A DNA stretch of 63,656 bases, counting the filler, from Choristocarpus tenellus KU-1152 (lineage: Eukaryota; Protista; Phaeophyceae): assembly GCA_964200185.2 (NCBI GenBank). It is 14 parts of 14 records of this genome, joined end to end, with 100 filler letters (N's around TTAATTAATTAA, not from the genome) between each part and the next. Parts side by side here need not be neighbours in the genome. Positions count along the whole stretch, not along the records: positions 51,454 to 56,157 come from CAXNAD020013397.1; positions 56,258 to 60,751 come from CAXNAD020014309.1; positions 60,852 to 63,656 come from CAXNAD020024597.1; 11 more parts are not named here. One strand, written 5' to 3'. Below are positions 52,004 to 63,656 of this stretch, one piece after another (the stretch's first letter is position 1; each line of letters starts with the position of its first letter). The position numbers and the translations under genes are program-made. Under the pieces are notes generated by a model. That model was not told the origin of the DNA. It saw only the letters and a list, made by a program, of their open reading frames with translations, and did not search any database.

Positions 52004-55000
52004 CTGTCTCCTGGAAGACTTTGAGAGGGATAACTGTGCCGCCAATGCTATGCCTGATCCAATGGCCAAGCGTCTATGAAAAAAAAAAATACACAAGAAA
52101 ACAGATGGACCAAGATTTTTTATTTTTTTAAAGAAGCAAGAAAGGTAGGTTGAAAAGAAAAAAACATTTGATAGGAAACAAAACACACATAATAAAACAG
52201 CCTGAAAAACAATAATAAAAAACATAAGAGTGAAAAAAACATACTCTCCTGAGTACATACATTTTTGATAAGCAAAAAATATGTGTATACGAAGGGGAGT
52301 GTCTCTATCATTGAATGAATCTAACCCTAACCCTAACCATCAACAACAGATTTTCTTTGTCGCGAAGAGATCGGGCTAGGGTTAGGGTTAGGGTTGATAC
52401 CGGATTGGGGTCTCTGGGGGCTGAGACTGTGTCATGAGGATATCAATAAGATGAAACAGTGACCTAGCAAGACGATAGTCATTGAAACAAGAGGATATCA
52501 ATAAGATGAAACAACACGCCTAGCAGGGTTTATAACAGGTCACCTGAAATACAAAAATGAAGAAAATCAATTCCAGTCTGCAGATATAGCTCTAAACAAT
52601 TACATTGTATGGGGCAAGACATATATAGGATAGGAGTAATACTGGGTATTCATTCCTATTCCTACCCCAAGGCCACCGCCATACAAACAGGTGTCAACTA
52701 ACACGTTTCTCAGAGTAACAAAAGGTTAAGGCCTGTCAGGCAAATCAAATCCCTTTCACGCAGTTAATTCATCCGCGCAAAGATTCTTAGAATAATAATA
52801 ATAATAATAATCAAAGAATAGAAATAATCACAAAGAAGAAGAAGAAGAATCAAAGAATAATAGACACGCAGTCACCATAATGCAGCGATAAAAATAAGAG
52901 AATACTCAGTGGAAAAGGTAGCAAGGGTGTCAAAACCCAGAAAATTAACCTGACCCCCAAGAGAAAAGCCAAAGCCAAAGCCAAAGAAGAGAACTATCAG
53001 AATCCACTCGGTGTAAGCCCTAGCCCTAAGAAGTAAAAGCACGTGCTGTAAAACAATGAAGAAGATGCATCAATTCTTACTACTCTATTTAGAATAATTT
53101 AGAAGACGGACAAATTCTAAATATTATACTAATAAGAATAATTTTAAAGAAAAATCGATTCTTACAGTTTTATACATACTACCGACTGTATGTCCATTCT
53201 CATTCAAACACACACAAAAACACCGCTCTATTATGTTATTTATTATTTTTAAAATCACAATTCAGTCAAATTTCAAGTGCACCTTAAAATAATAATAATA
53301 AATAATAATACCACGAGTCGCATAAAAAATAAAAAATAGAACTCAACAATGTACCTCCACTTACTCACTACTACTACTCCCACATAACAATACATTTTTT
53401 TTTTCTTCAAAAAATGAAGTGTTCGATCACAATTCAATATAAAAAAATTAAATAAAACAGTTCCAATTAAAAAAATTAAATCATTCCCCATTTGATTCGA
53501 CACCAGTCCTTCTAAAATTAAATCATCTCCCCTCTCTCACCTCAAGCTCCTCTCATTCATCTGTTGAAAGACACTCCTCATCGCCTCCTGTAATCGTGCC
53601 TAAAAAGAATAAGAAATAGAAACCAATATTCACAGAAGAGAATAGAAACGCACATAATCAGTCAGTAGTCAGTCAGTAGTCAGACCTCAACAATGAAAGA
53701 ACCGTTAAGACAAGAGAGTCAGTTACTACGACGAGAGGTGTGTAAAGAGCGTTTGAGACAGGAAAGACTCGTTCTTTTACATCAATAGAATATTAACCAT
53801 TTCTGGAATATACTCAAGAGTAGAGCCCATACACCACATTCACCAGAAAAAGGTTAAAAATGTATTCTGCGGACTCCCCACCCCCCTGAATCATTTTGTA
53901 TGTAAACTATAATAATATAACACATGAACAGACATACACAATACACACCTCTATTGTGTGTAAATTATAATAATATAATACATGTATAGACATACACAAT
54001 ACACACCTCTATTGTGTGTAAATTATAATAATATAATACGTGTATAGACATACACAAAACACACCTTTATTTATGTAACTATAAAAATATAATACATGTA
54101 TAGACATACACAATACACACCTCTATTGTATGTAAACTATGATAATAAGATACATGTATAGACATACACAATACTCACCTCTGAACAAGGTGGAACCACA
54201 ACACCCCTTTGAACAGGTTTGAACAAGAATAAAACAAAAGACAACACAAATTTTGTGTTAAGGACCAAAGCAATACACCAGTACCTTCTATTTGGTGAAA
54301 AATAATTTCAATGAGCCTCACACCACTATTCACGATATTAATAAGTTATTACTGTCAATACTAATATCAATATCAATATCAATACTACTTCCTGTACCTA
54401 TACTTACCACTCCAACACAGCTCCAATATATCTATAGCTATGTCAAAGGCTGGAAATATCTAAATAGCAACCTCTTTGTCCTAACTCTAACCCCCTACTC
54501 TTACACAAACAATAAAAAATAAAGTACTTACGTATTATTATTATTATTATAAAGTGTGATTTATACTACGAAATACCATACCATTACTATAGATACACTG
54601 CAATTCTTATTTCACATACATTATCAGGTTTGCCATACAATGCAATACAACACAATAGTCATGAACAGTCCCCCATCAACAAACTGACAACCCACACAAC
54701 AAAAAACAAGAAGACACTATAACATAACATTACTTAACTAACATAACATCACATCACATCACCAAAAAAGTACCTCCCTCTGAACAGGTACACCTTACTT
54801 TCAACATCCTCGCAACCACCTACATGTACCAAGCATCTCCTTACACAAACGCCTCCCAATCTCACCTTTACAATACGTGAAACAATGCTCTCTGCACTCT
54901 CAACAACCTCTTCGTCTCCTCCCCCCTGCCCCCCCCCCACCCCCAAACCACCTGCTGCAAAGCACCTCCTCCTCCCTCCCCCCATTGATTGTGCCCCCTG

Positions 55001-55313
55001 CGAAGCCGGTCCAGCCCTCTCAAACACATACCCCTCACCCGACACCGAACCCTCTCCCTGCAAGTGAGGTGGCATCACCCACCCCTGTGATAATCCCGCC
55101 TGTCCACTCCATCGATCTGCACTATCGCCTTCCCCATTCCTTGAACTCCTCTGCAAAAGCCGCTGCTGGTCTCCATAATCAACTTCCAGGAGGTCTTGGG
55201 GATGTCTCTCTCCTTGGCGGCGAAAGCCTCTCCTAGTTCCATCTCCCCCACCAACCTCTCCATCCACTGTACCCTCTCCACCCCTCACTGCCACAGCCTC
55301 CACAATAGTCTCC
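52004..55313 (-). CDS. Partial spliced hypothetical protein
   Basis: Phase-compatible exons 55313-54866 (Gly-rich ...SAESIVSRIVK|GTGAGA), 53599-53541 (ARLQEAMRSVFQQMNERSL) and 52073-52004 (RRLAIGSGIALAAQLSLSKSSRRQ|GTAAAG). No family recognised. Confidence 0.6.
53896..54181. repeat. ~56-bp AT-rich minisatellite, 5 copies
   Basis: Unit TGT.TGTAAA.TATAATAATATAATACATGTATAGACATACACAATACACACCTCTAT. Confidence 0.9.
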
Positions 55314-55363
55314 CTAGAAATATTGTAACAGGAAGGTTTGTCAGCCATGAATAGACAAGCAAG

Positions 55364-55394
<31 letters not shown>

Positions 55395-55521
55395 AGAAGA
55401 CAGACACACACACGGCAGTTCACAGTCAAAGACATAATCCATACTTCACAGTTAATATCCAAAATACAGGTTAGGGTTAGGGCAAGGGTTAGGATCAGGG
55501 TTGTGGTACAAAAAAAGCAAC

Positions 55522-55670
55522 ACCTACTCTAATAGGATCCTACTCTAATAGGATACCTACTCTAATAGTATCCTACTCTAATAGTATCCTACTCTAATAG
55601 GATACCTACTCTAATAGTATCCTACTCTAATAGTATCCTACTCTAATAGCATCCTACTCTAATAGGATAC
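55522..55670. repeat. 16-17-bp minisatellite (CCTACTCTAATAG.AT), about 9 copies
   Basis: Read directly. Confidence 0.92.
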
Positions 55671-57545
55671 TACCCGGGATTCATACCTCCCATCAATCAC
55701 CCTAACCCAAACAGAATATTTGCACCACTCCCAAAAGAGCAGAGGTATTTCCTTCCCTCTAACCTACCATCCCAACATACCATAAACTAAAAAATAAGCT
55801 TTTTGCCTTTTCACTGTTGTTTATTATTATTCTGATCAACTACTGCATACATACACATACATACACACACACATATATATGTAGCCCTAGCCCTAACCCT
55901 AACCCTAATCCAATCCCAATTGTGAAACTGCCACTATTATCGACAAGATTATAATTATTCCCTCCAAATATACATAAACACCATCTAGGGTTAGGGTACC
56001 CGCTAGGCGTATGATCTCGTAGTGTCAAGACTCTTTGAGTGTCAAGACTCTTTGAGAGGCAGAACTTCACACAACGGGGCAACACATCAATCCCACCCCA
56101 CCCCCAGAATTTGTTTTCCCCCCCACCAAAAAACCGCGCTAGACGCCTGTTAACATTNNNNNNNNNNNNNNNNNNNNNNNNNNNNNNNNNNNNNNNNNNN
56201 NTTAATTAATTAANNNNNNNNNNNNNNNNNNNNNNNNNNNNNNNNNNNNNNNNNNNNATTTTGGGTCAAGCCCATCCTCAATGAAAAGCTCCATCCTCAA
56301 TTTTTGAAATCGGCTGTTCTAGACCCACGCATGTCTGTAGGTATGTAGGATCTATGTTAGTATATGCACTTGGCTTGTGTGCGAACACCCGTGATGAACA
56401 CATTGTCCTACATGCAAATCATCACTGCTTCACCAAGAAGAGGGGGTGTTCAAGACATCGGCATGTATGTGTTCATCTTACGTCCTCATCCTTCTCTATC
56501 TACTTCTTTTTTTTGTGAGAACCGCGTCTTGCACAATACATACGGTCTTTCTACATAGAGGATGCCAAGATCATTCTTTTTATTCATGCGAAAAAAATGA
56601 ATAAAAATAATATTCTGAAAGAAACAATCTAAGAGTGGAAGGGACCATATTTGTGTTCCGAAGAATAGAAGGTAGGTTTGGGTTCGAAGAACTAATATAC
56701 GGAATTCAGGAATAATAGGGAAACATCTTCTCTTTGTGTGAGGCTCCCATCCCCTTCTTTTCTCTTCTTCCCTACCCACACAAATAGCAGTCTGAACCTG
56801 GAAAAAACTCACTACAAGTTTACCCTAACATCTATCTCAGGTTGAATCCGACTTGGCTTACCCACTCTACTCGGCACGAAGCTACGAGAAACGCCTTCCT
56901 GATGTAGTTTTTCTGCCCTGCAAAGTGTTGGGACTTATGCTAAACGGAGGAAGTAGGTCCTATATTCCGATTGTGACTCATTTTGACCAAAAATATTGTG
57001 TGTTTTGTTGGTCATTGTAACAGCACCAAACCACATATAGTACTCCAAAGTGTATATACACTTTGAGGTACTTGGTTCATATCACCCTTTTTTTTGTTAA
57101 GAAAGGGGGGAGGGGGGGATAACGGAACAAAATGAAAGGCTAGCAACCCACACATCTAGCCTATAGTCCAAACTACACCAACCTGCTAAACTACATTATG
57201 AATACCCTCCCATCCAAATGGCATCCATAGATTGTGGCGACTGATATATTTAATGGATATCTCATTTGCTTGATTTTGTTTTATTACAACCATAATTTAC
57301 AGATTTTTTTCTAATCTAAAACTAATTGAGAGGTGGTAGGCAGGTTTGGACCCTTTTACATACTGAGCCATCTTTCTTACCCTGTGAAATACACTCTGTT
57401 TCATCGCTTCTTTTACACAATAATGTGTACCCAAAATTGATGTTCCCCCTTTCCACACACAAAGCGACACCACCATTAAAAACAAAGGCTCTTTCTGCAA
57501 TTGTGCAAAATGGCGCTTTGTCGCCTTTTCTCGGGATCCTTGAAG

Positions 57546-57670
57546 TAACAGCCGATTTCAAAAATTGAGGATGGAGCTTTTCATTGAGGATGGACTTTAT
57601 CCCAATCAATTTTGGGTCAAGTCCATCCTCAATGAAAAGCTCCATCCTCAATTTTTGAAATCGGCTGTTA
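57546..57670. mobile_element. ~125-bp fold-back MITE with TA flanks (Tc1/mariner, Stowaway-like)
   Basis: TA-ACAGCCGATTTCAAAAATTGAGGATGGAGCTTTTCATTGAGGATGGACTT...AAGTCCATCCTCAATGAAAAGCTCCATCCTCAATTTTTGAAATCGGCTGT-TA; a second half-copy lies at 56258-56319. Confidence 0.88.
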
Positions 57671-59344
57671 AGTCCAACCCTGCCTACTTTTCAGTTGGTT
57701 TTGACTCTTCTTAGTTCGTTCAAAGGCATGTGTGCTTGGCACTGGTCCATACGCCATAATAATAAATAGGATGTAGCATACAGGGATTAGATAAGGCGAC
57801 CGACCATATTCATTGAGTAGAAAACCTACCTGTTCCTATACGAAGATATTGATAGCTACTATTTAATACTGCAGCAGCATGGACCAAACACACAAACACA
57901 TCCCAGTCACTCCATATGTATTACATAATATGTGGCGTTGGAGTCCACAGGGTAACCACCAATAATGCCCTCTTTCTTGGGAGGTGGCGATTCCCCAGTA
58001 AGACACAATATTCCCGTATGCTTCTTAATAACGGCCTCTTTGAAACTTATCGTGGAAATTTCCCTTGACCGGTTAGGGATATTTTTTGCACACAAATAAT
58101 TAGAGTTAGGGTTAGGGTTTCGAAAATGCACTCAAAACGTTAAAAGAAAAAATGTATTGGTGGCGTGGTTCATGATGGGGAATGTTTGGAGGCTTGTTTC
58201 TCTCATCAACCAATAAATAGACTGATGGACTTAACCAATAAGCAATACCCGCTTGTCAAGAGTACTACTAGACATGAAAAAAATCGACTTTTAGAGAGGT
58301 ATGAGATGGTGTCTGCCATCTACTCTCTACATCAACACACGATCAATTAATTCATCACTGCGGTAGGTGTACAGGGACAACCCGCCGTCTCTTGGGGAAC
58401 AACTCCTGTAATATATTTTTTTACAGAGATAGGATTAGGGTAATTTTTTTTTTGAAGTGTCAAAAACTGAAAAGTGAATCCTTGAGAAGTAGTGGTGGTT
58501 TGGTCCCCAGTGCACACTTTACTGCTGCATCAGTTCTAGTATTTTTCCTTGTCTGGTTAGGGACATTTTTCATACACAAATTGGGGCTAGGGTTAGGGAA
58601 AGGGCTAGGTTTTCGAAAATGCATGCAAAAAAGGGAAAAAAATGTACGTTTCAGTGGTGGTTCCAAAAGACAGGGGTTTACCTGTGTATTATTACACCAC
58701 CGAGAAAATTCGTAGTACTTCCTCAGGGGCACCTTAAGCATCAATCTACTACTGCACGTGTTACGTTATTGGGGGTACCTTATACTTCGATCTAGCAATG
58801 TACCTTACTGCTGTTACTCCCCCACACCTACGTACTGTTGCGAGCCAAAGGAAACGAGAGCTACTCGATTTTTGACCGTTTCGCACGTTGCAATCCTCCC
58901 TTCCACATGTTTTCTAAGGAAGTTCTAAGTTTGACTTGAGGTGGTTGGTTGGTTGACTTATCTCATGTTCGAAACTCTTACGACTCTTTTCGGAAAATGA
59001 TCCTTTACACGTTCTTACAAAAAAAAGGTCAAATTTTGGCACATAGATCTGCCAGCATCCACAAGATCCAACTCTTGGTCGGGTACCTCTGGTATACTCT
59101 TGACTTTAATGTTCCACTTTTGAAAAAGGCGTACATCACCTAGTCCTAAATAAATGCTCTAGAAATATACTGCATTGCTGTCCATTTATAACCGCTGGAA
59201 CATTCAACAAAAGGTAAAATCAAGGAGTTTGATTGGTCAAAAGGTGCCTCCTACCAGTCAGAAAAGAAAAATATACAATTGAGTTTGGTGCTTGTTTGAC
59301 TCCGTGAACCTGAGAAGCATAGAGGATTGTCTATAAATGCGTTC

Positions 59345-59505
59345 AGCTGTCCATTTGGGATCAATTCTTTCATGTCACCATTTTTGGGTGATTTGGTTCC
59401 ATATGTTGGACGGATATAATGTAAATGCACTTTTCCTGATTTTGACCCAAATGGACACCCTGGAGTAGGACCCCCCCCCTCCCCCTGCCCCAGATATAGT
59501 TTAGG
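59345..59505. mobile_element. MITE family B copy (one end lost)
   Basis: GCTGTCCATTTGGGATCAATTCTTTCATGTCACC...GGACACCCTGGAGTAGGACCCCCC...CCAGATA. Confidence 0.8.
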
Positions 59506-60713
59506 CCTGGTATTGTGATGTTTGGGGGAGGATGCATTGACTGGTGGTTTAGGAATCGGAAAACAGAGCAGCTGACAGAGAGGACATGATAGCCAATGCA
59601 CTGCAAGGTGCCATGCACTGCACAGAGCTATCTCTGACAAGGAAATGACAGAAATTGCGATACCATGGGAGTGTTTCTAGTATGAGGGAGCACAAAATGC
59701 CCTTCCTGTCTCACACAGAACTGTTTTTATTGCCGCCCCAAAAATGACACAAAATACTACAGTACTTCAAACCCTTCTCGCCACAACCAAACCAGACTCT
59801 ACACCACCCTCCCACAAGCAGGAGAGACCATCCATCCATCCATCCATCCATCCATCCCACCCCTCCCTCCCCAAAGTCAGTCAAATAAATGTGTGGAATG
59901 GAATCCACTCCAATTCATGACTAGAGGCAGAGGGCATCACAACACTCCAAAACGAAACGAGCTTCTTCGGCCCTCAACAAACAGTATCACACACTAGCAC
60001 CCCCGCCAAAAAACTATCGTTTGTTCATGCACAGAGCATGCACTACCCTAACACAAGGAAGCACCAAGCAACGCAAATAGACTCTACTACGACCGCGGAC
60101 CATCCCAAGCACTCACTGTTCCCCTTCCATGGAACAACTCCTCCACTGGGTATCACAGCCTTCTGCATCCCTACAGATCAAAAAACCCGGCCGCCCTGGA
60201 AGACAAGACAAGCCATCACTGCCATCTCTCCTCTGGCGGGGAGGGGGACACATCAAACAAGATTTTCTTGGACCAAGTGATGGTCAGCAAAAAATTTGCC
60301 TTGGAAGAAAGGATACACATCGCATTCAAACAAAGGACAGCAAGTTCTTACTCTACAAGAGGAAGGACCTGAAGGTTAGGCTATACATATACATATACAT
60401 ACATATATAATACCTGTTTCATTTCCCTGATATCATCATCCCACACCAACAAAGAAGCGAGGTGGGGGGTCGTCTATTGTCCAATTCAACCCGCAGTGAC
60501 CCTGTAGTGATTTCCGCATCGACTGAGCGAACATACCAGCCACACAAGACACAAGAGTGATATCTGTTTCATCTTGATGCACCTTCACCTCCCATTCCCC
60601 CCTCTACCTGGACCAAATCGCAAGAAAGGTCACCCACAAAACTGCCATCAAACTGGGGTGCTTTTCAACACCACCTCATTCTAGCCCCAAATTGACTGCG
60701 TCAGCTTCTAACA

Positions 60714-60751
<38 letters not shown>

Positions 60752-63436
60752 NNNNNNNNNNNNNNNNNNNNNNNNNNNNNNNNNNNNNNNNNNNNTTAAT
60801 TAATTAANNNNNNNNNNNNNNNNNNNNNNNNNNNNNNNNNNNNNNNNNNNNCCCCCTCCCCTCCATATTTTAAGATAGAATGGATTGGACCATGTGAGAT
60901 TAAATTCTGTATGAACTGTTCTTCTAGCCCCAATGGAGATTGTTCTCTACCATGCACTTCTGGCCCAACAGCCCAGCATCGCCAGTTTTTAATGGAATAC
61001 TTGACCTGAGCAAGGTATGCCCTATGGTGTCTGTTTTCGAAATTATTGCCATTTCTTGGTTTATGGGCCATGAGTGAGTCAGGCCTTATTAGCGGGACAA
61101 ATTGATGACTTCAGGTGTTGTTTGAGAAGTATTACTGAGCCTTTTCTCTCAAAACGCTCTACAGTACAGTAGTACCAGTGAAAGAGTATTCCGTGCCTAC
61201 ACATCAGTTGGTCTTGTTATTTTCCCATTGACACCAAGCGATAAATTATGGAAGGGCTTCTTAACTCCCTGAAAGAAGGTAGCAATTGGGGTACACAGAA
61301 AGGTATGTTATTATCAAGACTGCCGTGCTCCTTCATGTTGAACTTCAAACATTTTTGAACCGGAAGTGGCAATACTGTGATTTCTGTGTGTGTGTGCCAT
61401 GGCGACATTTGGGGGGCAGTGATCAACCCGTACATGGATGGCCTGGCTGTCTGGCATATGTTTGCTTCCTTGCCATGCTTTGTGTGTGGCAGCACCATGG
61501 ATGAACATCTACTTTCAAGCACATTTGCAGCACCCAGCAGTTCGAATATTGGCATCAACAATTACTCCAGATGCAGGTGGTTATCCCTTGAGAGCTTGAG
61601 TTCCAAGCCCATTCTTTGTAATTCCACAACCTCAATGCGGGACTTGCAACTTTTTTTGTATCGCAACTTCTGGTTCATGTACAACAATACCTTGGTTCGA
61701 GAATACAGTTACGACATTAAGAATATTACCATTGTACTTCTGATTGTTGAAAATGAAAGGAATTTATCTGAATAGACTGCTTGGCGAGTATTCTTTCATG
61801 CGTGCATTTGATTATAGGATAGGATAGGAAGGACACAATCGGCTGTCAAACTCAAAAACTGGACTGGAGCCTTGCGAAAGGCAGGTGCTAAATAATGAGG
61901 TGTTCATTGTTCCCGAAGAAAGAGCCGACTGGAAATGTGGCATATTGATGGATTCCGCTCTATTCCCAGATGGTTTGCACCCGAGTGCTACCTGAAGAGG
62001 TACTTGACTATCATCAATACCAAACCAATATGCACTTGACAAGCTCCCCCTCCATTATTTGTGGACTACTGCCACAGTAGTAATACAAAAGTACAGCATG
62101 TTAATGCTTGGGTGTAGGTAGAGTGCTTGCTGAAATATTCGTCATAAGATGGCAGCAGTGGTCTTTGTTGATAGCGCCTCATGTTGCAAGGTGCACAAGT
62201 AAAAGTCTTTCTCAGGTACAACTATAATATATACTCCCTGAAATAGTGTGTATACACTCCAGTTTTGACCATGAGGGCTTGCTTCTCTCCTCTCATGTAG
62301 TGTCATATTATAATGCATACACAAATAATGCTACATATGGGATATGTGACTTCATTCTCTGGTGTTAAGGGATTGTTGTCCTTGTGCAAAATCCACTTTT
62401 CCTACTGTTTGTCCTAGTGGGTAGTAGTGTGAACATAAGATAGAATGACAGACAATTCCAACGTGGGATTGTGCTGGTGATCCTATATAGTAATTCTTTC
62501 ACCTAGTGTACTCATTTTTGTTCAACTGTAGTCAAGGTTGAGTTTCCTGTGGATATGGACAACTCCTTGTACCAGGATATGGCACCTGCGAACCCCACAC
62601 TGTTTCTATTCTATTGTATTGTGCTTCCTGTTAATTGAAGAGACTGGTTTGAATCAGGATCTACCTAGCGCTCTCCATACTACTACTACCTTGGCTGTGG
62701 TGGTTTGGTACAGTAGTAGTGTGGGTATTTTATGTTCTCTTAAACGTACAATGTATATTGTGTGTATTACTCACAAGTAAGGACTTACGGCCACTACTTC
62801 CTGTGCATTATCGATGTCATATTTTTGCCCATCCATGGTACAGCAGCAACACTTTTTCAAGTCTATCAACAAAATGATCCTGTCGATCAGCAATGGCTGC
62901 CTGCTGCGTCATGAGCAATCAATTTTGAGAGGATAGCAGCATGATAGTATAGACCGTGCCAGCAGATATAAGATAATAATAATACGAAGTTCAAGCTATC
63001 AATCATCACATAATCTGACCATACCAATACGTAGTTTCATGAGTGCACCTTTCATCATCAACCTGCTTGGTGCCTGCGTGAGGGTGTCTACTGACATTAA
63101 GAGGGACCTGAAGCCTAGCATCAGCTAATCACATACATGATGTTCTTCTTCCTCCGAAGACAGATGGTTCATACTCCATAAACATTTACACAGAATGAGG
63201 AGAACGACACACGAAACATACTGATTGATAGAAACACTTGAGACAACCACGAGAAGATCTAGCTCTAATATTAGCACTAAACTACTATTATACCATGGTA
63301 TACTGCAATGATAGTATTGCAAACCACAAGAAGATTCCTACCACAATAAGCTCATGCCTGAATTGTCGCATTTATGTAAGCGGTCTCTGCCCACTCTGCT
63401 GGGAGGTTGATCATGACTCCTTACTAAAAGTGATAT

Positions 63437-63605
63437 GACTCAAAGTATCTGGGGGGGGTGGCGGCTCTCCATTTGGGGTCAATTTCTTCATGTCGTGATT
63501 TTTGGGTGATTTGGTTGCATACGTCCGATTGAAAATGTAAATGCACTTTTCCTGATTTTGTCCAAATAGATAGCCTGGTGTACCCCCCCCCCCCCCCCCC
63601 CCCCC
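63437..63605. mobile_element. MITE family B copy
   Basis: GACTCAAAGTATCTGGGGGGGGTGGCGGCT.TCCATTTGGGGTCAATTTC...CCTGGTGTACCCCC. Confidence 0.85.
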
Positions 63606-63656
63606 TTTGTTCCTATCTCAAAAAATAACCAACTTCTTCCCCACCCATCCCTCGGG

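Noticed and set aside
2875-60851. Regularly recurring TTAATTAATTAA palindrome, and apparent gene neighbourhoods across it
   Set aside because: Artificial six-frame-stop linker between contigs. ORFs running into X residues and any cross-contig clustering are artefacts.
60875-62640. Exon-like plus-strand pieces (APWMNIYFQAHLQHPAVRILASTITPDA; MWHIDGFRSIPRWFAPECYL with a kinase-like RWxAPE)
   Set aside because: Could not be chained into a consistent frame and no other kinase motifs were found; unsupported.

Overview
This is not one locus. It is 14 unrelated short contigs of an intron-rich eukaryote, joined by 13 artificial 100-bp linkers (N44-TTAATTAATTAA-N44), so features on different contigs are not biological neighbours. 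GT-AG introns, TTAGGG tracts and the copia/RTE/mariner flavour suggest a stramenopile, probably a brown alga or relative (inference). Recognisable partial spliced genes: V-ATPase subunit A (exons 1-4), a P4-ATPase flippase, a ubiquitin-specific protease, a PH-domain protein, a very large glycine-rich repeat protein and several hypothetical proteins. Mobile DNA: a decayed Ty1/copia element, a decayed DD39D-type mariner transposase split by a MITE, an RTE-type LINE remnant and several MITE families sharing the terminal motif G..Y.AWAGTATCT. The most unusual item is a spliced, recently inactivated gene for a ParB/Sulfiredoxin-fold protein (12151-13052), downstream of a possible CAC- transposon terminus. 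All calls come from manual reading and translation; no database searches were run.
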